Part shown: positions 39,012 through 49,989 of the stretch, piece after piece | Layout: each line of letters begins with the position of its first letter | How positions within the stretch are numbered: the first letter of the stretch is position 1 | Made by a program: the position numbers and the translations under genes | The notes under the pieces: model-generated | What the model was told of the DNA's origin: nothing | The model's input: the letters and a program-made list of their open reading frames with translations, nothing else | Databases searched by the model: none | From: Glaucostegus cemiculus | Lineage: Eukaryota | NCBI GenBank assembly: GCA_976551045.1 | Contig: CDPCPM010000037.1 | Coordinates: 8,060,001-8,124,000, forward strand | Direction of reading: 5' to 3' | Length of the DNA stretch: 64,000 nt

Positions 39012-39264
39012 GGGTGGCACGATAGCCTAGCGGTTAGCATGATGCTGTTACAGCGCCAGCGATCGGGGTTCGATTCTCGTCGCTGACTGTAAGGAGTTTG
39101 TACATTCTCCCATGTCTGCGTGGGTTTCCTCCGGGTGCTCTGGTTCCTCCCACATTCTAAAAGACATACGGGTAGGTTAGTTTGGGGGTTTAAAATGGGC
39201 GGCGCAGACTCATTGGGCCGAAAAGGCCTGTTACCACGCTGTAAATAAAACTTAAAAAAAAAAA
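39012..39264 (+). mobile_element. tRNA-derived V-SINE, CR1-tail/poly(A) subfamily
   Basis: Box A (tagcctagcgg), box B (ggttcgattc), V-domain tgcgtgggtttcctccgggtgctctggttcctcccaca, tail gggccgaaaaggcctgttaccacgctgtaaataaaac plus A11. Confidence 0.9.
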
Positions 39265-39327
39265 TTTGAATCCACAACCTCCAAGTTCCTAGATGGCATC
39301 TGATACCTGGAAAAATATCAATTAATA

Positions 39328-39623
39328 GCGGACACATTAGCATAGTGGTCACCGTAATGCTTTACAGCGCCAGTGACCCGAGTTCAATTCTGGCTGCTGT
39401 CTGTAAGGAATTTGTACGTTCTCCCAGTGTCTGCATGGGTTTCCTCCGGGTGCTCCAGTTTCCTCCCACATACCAAAGATGTATGTGTTAGGAAGTTGTG
39501 GGCATGCTATGTTGGCGCCAGAACCATAGCGACACTTACGGGCTGCCCCCAGAACACACTACACAAAAAATGCATTTCACTGTGTTCTTCGATGTACATG
39601 TGACTAATAAAGAGATCTCTTAT
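39328..39623 (+). mobile_element. tRNA-derived V-SINE, Rex-type tail subfamily
   Basis: Same head and V-domain, then ggaagttgtgggcatgc...catttcactgtg...gtacatgtgactaataaagagatctctta. Confidence 0.9.
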
Positions 39624-39712
39624 ACTGTGAAGATTTATCAGCTTAGAAAAGAATTTGTAGATTATTAAAAGAATATTTTCTGGATTCTGATTGACTAACA
39701 TTTTTGATTACA

Positions 39713-39834
39713 ACACACAAAATACTGGAGGAACTCAGCAGGTCAGGCAGCATCTGTGGAGGGAAATAAACAGTCAACATTTCAGGTCGAGACCCTTCAT
39801 CAGGACTGGAAAGGAAGAGGGCAGAAGCCAGAAT
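39713..39834 (-). mobile_element. Penelope-like element terminal fragment
   Basis: acacacaaaatactggaggaactcagcaggtcaggcagcatctgtggagggaaataaacagtcaacatttcaggtcgagacccttcatcaggactggaaagg. Confidence 0.75.
39771..39808 (-). ncRNA. Minimal type I hammerhead ribozyme motif
   Basis: Minus strand: CAGUC (stem I)-CUGAUGA-AGGGUCUCGACCU (stem II)-GAAA-UG-UU (predicted cleavage)-GACUG (stem I'); conserved core intact. Confidence 0.7.
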
Positions 39835-40093
39835 CTTCGATTACAAATTGGACATTAATGTTCAAATAACTCCCAAAAGAAATTTCAACAGATTTATATA
39901 TATCACAATAAATATGTATAAGCACAGTTAAAAATGTAACATTATTGTTACCGATTTTGGTCTTTTTGCATATTTGTAAGTTGTCTAGAAATTCCATTGC
40001 ATGACAAAGTGTTTTTAGGTGCTACCTGATGGTGAAATCTGGAAATCTGGAAATCAATGAGTAAAATCATCAACAACTGTGTGGACATTGTGG

Positions 40094-40132
40094 ACACTGC
40101 AATTCCCAACAACTGTTTGGGAATTGCAGTGT
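40094..40132. other. Perfect 16-bp inverted repeat with 7-nt loop
   Basis: acactgcaattcccaa-caactgt-ttgggaattgcagtgt. Confidence 0.85.
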
Positions 40133-40279
40133 GTGTGTGATATGCCTATGTGCAAAGGCCAGCAATGAAATCAAACTGAATGCAACTCAAGAATCACATC
40201 AGTGTTGTGCTGTTACATCCTAATTATGCACTTTGGACATAGCATAGGCCTTGAACACAGTTATATGAAGGCATGTTCT

Positions 40280-40730
40280 GGCATAGGTTAAAAGATGTCA
40301 CTCTCTGAGCCACTGTTGGAGAGCCCACCAGTGAAGCATGTCTTTGAGTCCTGAGGATGGTTTCATTTTTGAATCTTGAGAATGGCCTCAATGTCTTCAA
40401 GGCAACCTCCCTTCTTTCTTAACCTGCCAGTCTCTGTGCTCCATGCCCACATCTGATGACGCAATGTCCCATTAGCTCTTGGAGATGCCTGATCCAATCA
40501 CCTATTGTTACCTGACCATCACCCCAAAGTGGCCCCATTATCTGAGGTAGCAGTTCCTGTCAGGTCAGGAGCTTATGCTGCAAAATTCATGCCCTTTTTG
40601 TTAATTTGTGACCAGCACATGGTTTCTTCACATATTTGCAGAAGGCACCAGAGCAGCGATCCTATCATCCATTTTCCATGTGAGAAAGTTGTTAACCTCC
40701 CCCATACATCTCAGGCTTACCCCAGGGACT
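40280..40730 (+). mobile_element. Possible highly decayed PIF/Harbinger transposase remnant
   Basis: LICDQHMVSSHICRRHQSS resembles the Harbinger motif LVCDH...I..V.ARYPGS; GLNVFKATS resembles ALNFYASGS. Confidence 0.3.
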
Positions 40731-42399
40731 GTTTTAATATATGTATTTAAGCATAGAAAAATATGTAGGTTCATGTGTTCGGTTAGTCCCTTCCAAAATA
40801 AGAAGGCTGAATGTGTAAGCCATAAATATACTTTTAAGTGCATTTGTCTAAACATTTAATTTGTTTATGTCTCTAACAGAAGCAGCCAGTACAGAACTGA
40901 AGTAAGGATATGATTAGGATTTTACAGATTATTTCATCAAGTTTACTTTATATTCCAAGGAAATTCTAGAATAAAGAGACGTGAAGCAGCTGCCAGCTTC
41001 TTTGCTAGAACTCTTGTGGTTTGTTTTTGCACATTGATGAAACCTTTTTAATGTTATTTGTAAATGAAAAGCAATTTAATATCGTATGACTAAGCTAGGT
41101 TTAAAGGAAAGCAAACAACAGAAATAAATTGAGTCACTGCCAGGGCATGAAGTTTCAGTAAATGCCATTGTTTTTTAGTCAGATTTGGAATGACTATGAA
41201 ATTAATGCAACAAATTTGCTAACATAATTAATTTTAAGGAAGGTGGAGTCATGTTCATTAATTTAACTGTTTTGCAAGGAAAATAATGAAGCACAACAAA
41301 AGCTCCTTAAAATTAAAGTGCAGCATAAATGATATGTTAAATTACCTACACCATAATTGTCCGGGACCTTTGCTCCACATAATGTGTTCTACTGCTTACT
41401 TTTGTCATTGCAAAGACATTTGTCTGTAAGGAAACCTGTACAATATATTCACAATATCTTAAATAAATAGCTATTACCTAAAACTTCTTTTTAAAACATT
41501 GCAATGCAATCTGATGATGCAAAAATACGAAAACTACAATAAATTTCTAGGCTAGATTGGTTATTCCACGAATGTTGAAGATTGTCAGAATCTGTGACCA
41601 TGAAGCCTTACAACAGAGTTGATACTAACTATGTCTTGAACAGGGGTTGATGAGTACCCAGAATCATGTCTATTTTTTCCACTTCTCCATGGATACGAAT
41701 GATATCAAATTTGCTTTCCAATCCCTAGATTGTAATTAGTTGTAAATTCACTGGAATATTCTGGGGTAATATAAGAGGCTAAGTAAATGCAAGCCTTTTT
41801 TTCAAATGACTAGTGTCTGGCTGAAATTAGTTAACTAAAAATGGGCTATTGACAGTATCTGAAACAATGATTGTGAGGACAGCCTGGCTTCATACCATGT
41901 AAGGACAATGAACGAGCAAGGATGAAGTCATTTTTATTTATGAAAGGCAGGAATATTTCCAAAGAATATTTTGAACTTTCCTGGTGACTCAACAGGTGAG
42001 TGCCGCCTTGTGTGTTACACAGTGAAACTGATCAAGGAGCTCCAGGGCTAGTTCTGGCCAAGTCTGGTGTTAGGCAAGTTGGGAGGCTACAAATGGCCTT
42101 AATAACTTTGCCCATTCGTGAGGGAAAGTGTGGGAACATAGGGAAAAAACTGAATTAGCTGGGAATTAGAAGGTTGTTTCACATCGGTATGGAGAAGTGA
42201 TATGAACAGGGATTAGGGATTTGCTTTCATCTCGAGGAAACCACAGCCAAACAAGCCAACAGCCTCTGAAGAAAATTAACCCACTTTCCACCCTACACCC
42301 CACCAAAAGAAGGCTTTTGCTGATCCTGTGTACTGATACTGATACAGCTCAACATATTTTGCTGTGATCTGAACATCATGAACTTTAGCACGTATTAAA

Positions 42400-42801
42400 C
42401 CATTGCTTTTATGTAGCATCTTCACATCTTTTTCAGGAAATCTCAAAGCACTTTACAGCAAATTAAATACTTCTGAAGTCACTGCAGTAACTAGGAAACA
42501 GGGAACCCAACTGGCAATCAACAATTCATGAAAAACAGTAATGTGATAATGACTAGGCAGTTTGTTTTATAAATGTTGATTGAGTTCAATAATTAGATAG
42601 GTCGAAGCAGTAATTTCCCTCCAAAATGGCACTTGAGGTCTTTTACATCCTGGAGAGTGCGAACAGGCATTAGTTTAAAGTCTCATTGAAAAGTATCATT
42701 TCTTCAGTATCAGCCTAGATTTTTCTACTCAAGTCTTTAGGGTAAATCTTGAACCATAATCTTCTGACTCAGAGTGCTACCAACTGAACCACAGCTGACA
42801 C
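42400..42801 (-). mobile_element. Full-length old DeuSINE (SacSINE1-like)
   Basis: caaagcactttacagc...aatgtgataatgactag...tcttttacatcc...cttctgactcagagtgctaccaactgaaccacagctgacac. Confidence 0.75.
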
Positions 42802-43904
42802 TGCAGCTAAACAGATTATTAGCCAACACACTAATAAAATGCACTACTGGAGGAGGCGCGCTGTGAGTTTTGAAATACTACACTGAACTAGGCTAGACTG
42901 AATCTTAAAATTGCCCAGCATGTGTAAAGTCTGTTGCTAGAGATCACAGGGAAAAAAACAATGATATACGGCATTAATATATCAAATGGTGACTCTCTTT
43001 TTATACAAAATCATTACTTGGAAAAGCTTCAAAGGCTGTGATAGCTGACATTTATATCTGGTTACTAAATTAACCTCTGCCAGAGGTCACAGTATTTACT
43101 TTCCATTTGCCAATAGTGGTCATGTGGAATTAAGCTTGATTGTTTTCATGCTTTCTCACTCATTATTTTATATAATAGTTACTAGTGTATAATATTTTTG
43201 CAATAAGTAAATATATCTAAGTAATATGACTTAATATAACTCAAAGCTCTCCAACTGACAATTACCACACAACTTAGCACAGAAGTGTCTGATATCTGTT
43301 ATCTAACTATAATGGCCAGGAGCATTGTGTCTTAGTCAAAACCCGTAAGATCTCTGTCACATACAGGGATCTGTATTTAATAATTCTCGATACAAAGCTG
43401 TATAAATCCCAACAAGACTTTTCACTTTTACGGGACTGGAAATAAATTTTGACCACATTAAATCACTGCTTTTCTTTATTAACATTAAAGTTAGTTCCCC
43501 ATTAAAGCAGAAAAAGGATCTTTCCTTTCAAAGTTAGGAAGGATGGCAACAGCTATTTGCTCAAAAAATTATGTTCTCATCTAATGAATGGGTGACTACA
43601 TAAATTAGAAATATCCACACACACAGCAAATCCTCTCATCAGTAAAACAATTAATATTCTGTAAGATAAACATGTAAGGAGGATTTAAAGAGCTATCTGG
43701 TTTGAGTACATTAAAGAATTTTTGTGTGCGATCTTCTGACCTTAGGTGCCTTTGGTCAGAATCCAAATTAAATTTAAAATACATGAATATTAAGGAACTT
43801 CAGTTCAGACTAAAAGACTAAAAGATATAAATGCTTCAGTGATGTATAATTAATGATCGTTAATGTGACTGTTTAATGACAGTTTTTTTTACTGGGCATT
43901 TTCT

Positions 43905-44720
43905 GAGACTTTTTAGGCACTCCCTTGGGATAGAGGATGACTTGTTTCTCTGGGTCCAGTGCAGGATCTACAGATTCCATGGTAGGTAGGATAGGTGGAG
44001 ATTGACTGATAAATGGTTGGGCTGATGGATTGTATTATGGTCCTTTGCTGCCTGCATGCACTTCCATCAGAGAGGTTCAGAATGCTCAGTACCTTTCTGT
44101 ATACTTCTCTAAGAGGTTGGAGGACCTTGGTAATGGGATTGCTGATGTGGATGATGTGGCCACCTGATTGGAACCAGCTAATGTGTGATCAGAGCCTTGA
44201 TGCTGGCAGGGTTTTGACCTGAGAGAGATGCTGACCTTGCACTGCCCATCAGTGGAATTAGAGGATTCTTCAGACAGCTTTGGCTAAACTCCTCCAGTGC
44301 TTTGCAATGCCTTCTGTTGGTAGTCCATGTCTCAGAAGCAGATAGGACAGGGATCCCTGATGTTTAGTAGACTGTGAGATTGGTAACAAATTGAGGGATT
44401 ACTCTTCAAACACTCTTTTTCACAGCTTGGTTAAGGCTGCATTGAAGCACGAGAGACAATGGAGGATTTTGTCCTCAATATCTGCCTTCGTTAAGATAAG
44501 GAAATTGATATGTAAAGTGGGCCAGGGTCTCACATTGTTAGGGGGTGTCATTGTGCACCAGGAGCTAGTTGGGAAAGAATGTTTGTCTTCTGGATGTTTG
44601 GTGTGAGGCCCATCATCTTGACATCTTTGGTGAAGGAATCAGTGACAGTTCAGAGTTTACCTTTCAGTTGTGTACACACACAAGGATCTTCTGTTTACTA
44701 TAACTTTGACAGCGAGGGCT
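43905..44720 (-). mobile_element. RTE LINE 3' part (decayed)
   Basis: Tail taggcactcccttgggatagaggatgacttg and antisense RTE ORF remnants (cagggatccctga...tcttcaaacactct...aatatctgcc...gtgtgaggccc). Confidence 0.6.
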
Positions 44721-44988
44721 TTTCTAAGTCACAGTTATTTAGTTATCCATTTAAATCAATGATGTTGGGTTGCTAGTTAATGGAGTTCATGGAACTTCTC
44801 TTCAAGACATGACCATTAAGGAGTTCCTTTAGTGATTTCAACAGTGTCTATATAAAAATGCTTCAGTTAATGTGTTTGTCATGTAATCCAAATTGTAAAC
44901 CTAATTGCCAGCTGATTGCTTGGTTGAACTTACAAACCATCAAAACCAGTTTAAGCAGTTAGCCTTTCTACTTAGAGAACTTTGTTAA

Positions 44989-45294
44989 AAGATAGATAAG
45001 ATATTTATTAGTCACAGGTACATTGAAACACACAGTGAAATACATCTTTTTGTGTTACTGAGAATGTGCTGGGAGCAGCCTGCAAGTTTCGCCTCTCTTC
45101 CAGCGTCAACATGGCATTGCCCACATCTCCTAACCTGTATGTCTTTGGAATGTGGGAGGAAACCAAAGTACCCGGAGGAAACCCATGCAGACATGGGAAG
45201 AATGCACAAACTCCTTACAGAAAACAGCAGGAATTGTACCCAGGTCACTGGCACCGTAATAGTGTTACGCTAACCGCTACACTACCACACTGCC
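44989..45294 (-). mobile_element. tRNA-derived V-SINE, Rex-type tail subfamily
   Basis: agatagataagatatttattagtcac...tgtgggaggaaacc...cccggaggaaacccatgcagacatggg...acgctaaccgctacactacc. Confidence 0.9.
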
Positions 45295-45469
45295 GTTATC
45301 ATTCAGTACTGAGTAAGGTCACTGTGATTGGTTTATGGGGACTTGCAAGTGTATTGACAGCCAGTGATATGACCAGTTCCAATATCATCTGAAGCTATCT
45401 CCCTGTGAGAAATTTTGCTCAACATCTTCAATGCCAAAAGCTTTTCCAAGGGGCTTGGCTGAAAATGTC

Positions 45470-45840
45470 TAAATTCAAAGTTGAGTTGATTGTCGTATGC
45501 ATCAGTACATGTATGCACAGGTACAAAGAAAAGCTTACTTGCAGCAGCATCACAGGACATAGCATAACATAAGCAGCATTCACAAGAAAAACATAAATTA
45601 AACATAAATTATACACAACCTTTACAAAAAAAACACAATCAGAACAAAAAAAATACAAAGTCTATTTTTGTGCAAAGTGATCAGAGTGGTCACAACCAAC
45701 CATTGTGGTGATTAGGGTTTAGCTGGTTGGTTCGAGAACTGAATAGTTGATGGGAAGTAGCTGTTCTTGAACCTGGTGGTGTGGGACTTGAGGCTTCTGT
45801 ACCTCCTGCCCGCTGGGAGCTGTGAAAAGATGGCACGGCC
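45470..45840 (-). mobile_element. Rex1/Babar-type 3' end
   Basis: gaagtagctgttcttgaacctggtggtgtgggacttgaggcttctgtacctcctgcc is antisense to GRRYRSLKSHTTRFKNSYF; homologous to 53525-53948. Confidence 0.8.
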
Positions 45841-46419
45841 TCAGGATTCAATTTCCAGCTCATTTTACAAGCTCAGCTTAGTTCAATGATAGATTGTTTG
45901 GGCATAACATATAACAGCAGGACTTGAGTATTATTTGAGAAAAAAAAAATCAATTCAATGATTTTGATCTTCTTTCTGGCCTCTCTAAAACTCATCTTCA
46001 ACTTTAGTAGGGTTATTCAAGAAATTCTGCCATTTACTCAGATTCATGTGTTTACAAGAAGCTTTAAATCAGCCTATACACATGGATGCATGGATTTGTT
46101 TCTTTGCTGCAACACAACTGAAAATTATTTTGTTTCCCCGGAGTGGAATGATATTGTGATCAGTTCTGAAAGTAATCACTACCCTCTGGAAATTTTGCTG
46201 GGCATTTTTGGTCACAGTTCACATTTGCATGCCCAATGCAGTTTCTGTGTCAGTGGCACACCAGCATGATGTCATTCCCTGCCAAACATTCCTCTTGTAG
46301 TGTGTTGTTTTGAGAGCAACTACCATTAGGTTCTCCATGACCAATCAAGTCTTCAGGATACAACTCTGGATTAGACTGCTGAGAATGTAAGTTTCATACT
46401 TGCCTTTTATTGTTGAGGC

Positions 46420-46790
46420 ATAGAGTCAGCACAGCACAGAATCAGGTCCCTTGGTCCACCCTGTCCATGCTGACTATAAGTTCCTATCTATTTTAATCCC
46501 ATTTATCAGCACTTGGTTTGCAGTCTTCTATGCCTTAGTGATTCAAGTGATTGTCTAGATACTAATTAAATATTGTGATGGTGCCTGTCTCTACAATCCA
46601 CTCAAGTGCGATCCAGATTCCAACCATCCATTGGTTAAGTCTGTTTTTCACAGCTCCCCTCTGTCCCTTATCCCAGATCCTAAACCTATGCCTTCTAGTT
46701 TTAAACAACTCAGTTATAGGGAAGTATTTTTTAGTATCAATCCTATTTATGCCCCTCAATTTTGTACAGCTCTATTGAGTCCCTCCCTAA
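46420..46790 (-). mobile_element. CR1 3' end fragment
   Basis: Minus strand MRGINRIDTKKYFP...KTRRHRFRI...QWMVGIWIAL. Confidence 0.75.
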
Positions 46791-47483
46791 CATAGCAGCA
46801 AACCCCCACTAACCCTTCCTACTCCACACCACACTCTCCGATCTGACACACAACCTACCAACTGGCCGGGTTCCCTGACCCCCAATGATGGAGGGAATTT
46901 GGTGAGAGATTCCAGTTCCAGTCAGCACAAGTATGTGCTTGTCAAAGTGAGAATAAAATTAGTCAAAATGTTCAGCCTCATCTCCACTTCCTCCCCTGAC
47001 TGCCTCCCTACATTCTGGCAACTTCTCAACATTAATTGGCTAGTTGAATAAGGACTAGTGAAACTGAATTCTGAGAAAATGTCAGTACTCTCATGAGAAA
47101 AGGGGATAGGCTAAAAATTGCTTTCGTGGCATTGGATAATGATATCGTGATGACTCAGTGGAATACAAATCAATGAATAATGTGCAAACTGAAATAAGGT
47201 ATTAAATTAAAATATTTCTGGTCATGTTTCAATTTTTAAATTACTGCTTTAAGATGAGGATTCTGGCATTAGAAAATTCTTTTCTATTTTTTCTGTATTT
47301 TTTCCTATTTGCTTACTAAACACTGATCTTTGCTGGAAAATGCTCATATGAATTTTGAATGGACACAGGATCCAAATCATATTTAATATTGCCTTTGGTT
47401 GAATAACTTGCTGACCTTCATTCCCAAGGTTTATATTTCACAATTGTTTACCTGAGTGAGATACACACAAACATCATGACACA

Positions 47484-47830
47484 CAAGAACATAAGAAACA
47501 GAGGCAAGAGGAAACACAAGAGACTGCAGATGCTTGAATCGAAGTGAAGCACAAAATGCTGGAGGAACTTAGTGGTTCAGGCAGCATCTATGGAGGGAAA
47601 TTGACAGCCGACGTTTCGGGTCAAGACCCTTCATCTAGACCCTGAAGGGTCTCAATCTGAAACTTCAATTGTCCATTTCCCTCCACAGATGCTGCCTGAC
47701 CCAATGAGAGGCAAGAGGATGCCTTTCAGTTCTTCATACCCACTGTGCCATTCAGTCAGATCATAGCTTGTCTTTCACCTCAACACAGCTCTCCTTCACT
47801 AACCCCAAAGTCCTGGATTCCATTATTTGC
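47484..47830 (-). mobile_element. CR1 3' tail interrupted by a Penelope-like hairpin element
   Basis: caagaacataagaaacagaggcaagagga [insert] tgcctttcag...gccattcagtcagatcatagct. Confidence 0.6.
47513..47706. mobile_element. Palindromic Penelope-like derivative
   Basis: Arms 47578-47633 and 47643-47700 are inverted; 13-bp TSD AGAGGCAAGAGGA (47500-47512, 47707-47719). Confidence 0.85.
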
Positions 47831-47995
47831 TTAGAGTATTTGCTGGCAATTTTAGAAGAGAAACAGAAAGCATAAAATTGGGAACTTACTTAAAGCATCT
47901 AATATTGCTTAATTGAGGCTCTATCAGAATAAAAATAAATTCCAAGAGATCTTCATGGAGCAATTTCCCCAGCAATTAAAAAGTTAATCATTAAC

Positions 47996-48048
47996 TGGTG
48001 AAAGATGTTCCATAGCATAATGGTGAAAGATGTTCCATAACAGAATGG
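47996..48048. repeat. 25-bp tandem duplication
   Basis: tggtgaaagatgttccatagcataa tggtgaaagatgttccataacagaa tgg. Confidence 0.8.
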
Positions 48049-48487
48049 GATGCAAAAAAAAAGTTTATTTGGCAAGAACCCACAAATGTTTTCAGTTAAA
48101 GGTTAAACTGAACTTGATTTGATTTGCTGCGCTGTGGCTGCACGGTATAACTAGTGCTAGAGTCTAACCAAACCAATACTTTGGTCAATTTTATTCAATA
48201 GTTTAATGTGAGTTGCATTTCTAAATTCTGTGACAGAACTAAAGGTATGTGTGGGGGTTAACTCTGGTAGCTTTTAGAGGGCTTGCACATGCATGCAACT
48301 GGATGAAGGCACATGTTTTCTCACATACCCGAGATTATTTTTTGGATTATTAGTTCTTGTGCCCCTTCTCACTATCCTATCCCAACATGCACTCTCTGGG
48401 ATGGAGCAGATATGATAATAAACCAAGGCTTTTAGAAACAGAAGGATTATAAATACCAGTGCTAGATAGAAGACTACTTTAACTAAC

Positions 48488-48996
48488 TACTACAGATGCA
48501 CTGTTGAAGGTATCCTAACTGCATCACAGCCTGGTATGGCATTTCCAATGCATAGGAATGCAAGAGGCTGCAGGGAGTTGTGGACATGGCCCAGTCCCTC
48601 ATAGGCACAGCCCTCCCTATCACTGACAGCATCTACAGGAGGTGCTACCTCAGGAATGTGACACCTATCAAGGATTCCCACCATTTGGGTCATACCCTCT
48701 TCTCACTGCTACTGTCAGGCAGGAGGTACAGATGCCAGAAATCCCACACCACCAGGTTCAGGAATATCTATTTTCCTACAATCATCAGGTTCTTGAACCT
48801 ACTTGCACAACCCTAACCCTGCCTCATCAATGGAACATGGTGGACCACCTCTTTGCACTACCATGGGCTAGTCTTCGATTGTGTCTTTGTGCAAACACAG
48901 GACCTCAGTGCAAAAACAAAATCTTTTTTCAGTGTAAGGTATAATTTTAAGTATAATTTATATTCTGTGTGTTGTCTGCACCTACATGCTTGTGAT
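48488..48996 (+). mobile_element. Rex1/Babar LINE 3' fragment
   Basis: YRCTVEGILT.CITAWYG...RLQGVVDMAQSLIGTALP...IKDSHHLGHTLFSLLLSGRRYRCQKSHTTRFRNIYFPTIIRFLN. Confidence 0.85.
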
Positions 48997-49074
48997 GGTT
49001 GGAAGTCAGAAAGAGTGATGATGATTGATAATTGCATAGTTCAGTTTATAGCTCTTCAGAAAATGAAACCATCC

Positions 49075-49800
49075 ATGCCTGCAGATAGCATGACCTAGAA
49101 AACACTCAGGGATGGTTTGGTGAATGGCAAATAACATTTGTAGCACACAAGCGCAAGTCAATGACCAGTCCCAACAAGAGGGAGTCTGGCTACCTTCCTT
49201 TGACATGCAATGGCATTACCTTTGCCAATTACCCCACCGTCAACATCAGAAAGGGCATGAGGTCACCATTAACCAGAACTTCAACTGAAACAGCCACATC
49301 AATAGGGCAGTTCAGTGGCTAGGTGTCCTTCAGTGAGTGATCCATTTTCTGCCTCCCAAATTTTTCTTCCATCAAATAGGCACAAGTCAGAACTGTGATG
49401 GAGTTCAAATCCTGCTATCCATTGACCTGGATGTGTGCAGTTGCAGAGAGTACAAAAACCTTGACACCACTACAAGCACATCACGGCAAGTGTCATTGAG
49501 TTATACAGTAAGGAAACAGGCCCTTCAGCCCAATCATTCATGTTGACTAAGTTGCCCATCTGAGCTACTCCCATTTGCTGCAGTGAATATCATCTACAAA
49601 ATGCATGACTGTAACGAACCAAGACTCCTTCACCAGCAGCTTCCAAACCTTTACCTTCAAACATCAAGAAAGATGAGGATAGCGGGCACAGGGGAATGTT
49701 ATCAACTGCAATTTCCTCCTGAAGTCACACGCTCTTCTAAATTAGGAATTTATCACTGATCCTTCATTGATGTTGGCTCTAGAAATACAAATCACTTCAC
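49075..49800 (+). mobile_element. Old CR1/L2-group LINE fragment, post-RT region
   Basis: EWQITFVAHKRKSMTSPNKRES..LPLTCNGIT...GVTINQNFN*NSHIN; a short CR1-type tail is inserted at about 49490-49580. Confidence 0.55.
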
Positions 49801-49989
49801 CGTCTATAGACTATGCAATGTTGCTATTTGCAAAGCTGAATAACAGACCAGATCTAATCACAGAACTCTCTTTACTGAGGTAGTAAGCTCTCAACTAATT
49901 GAAATGTCAGACACTAGAACGTATCAAAAGACATGCCACAAGTTATACTCAGTTCATTGTGGTGCACTTAGACATACATTCCACTGCCT

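Noticed and set aside
39012-39090. tRNA genes at SINE heads (also 2728, 25989, 35512, 39328, 45294)
   Set aside because: Box A/B are present, but each continues into the V-domain and a LINE-derived tail, so these are SINEs.
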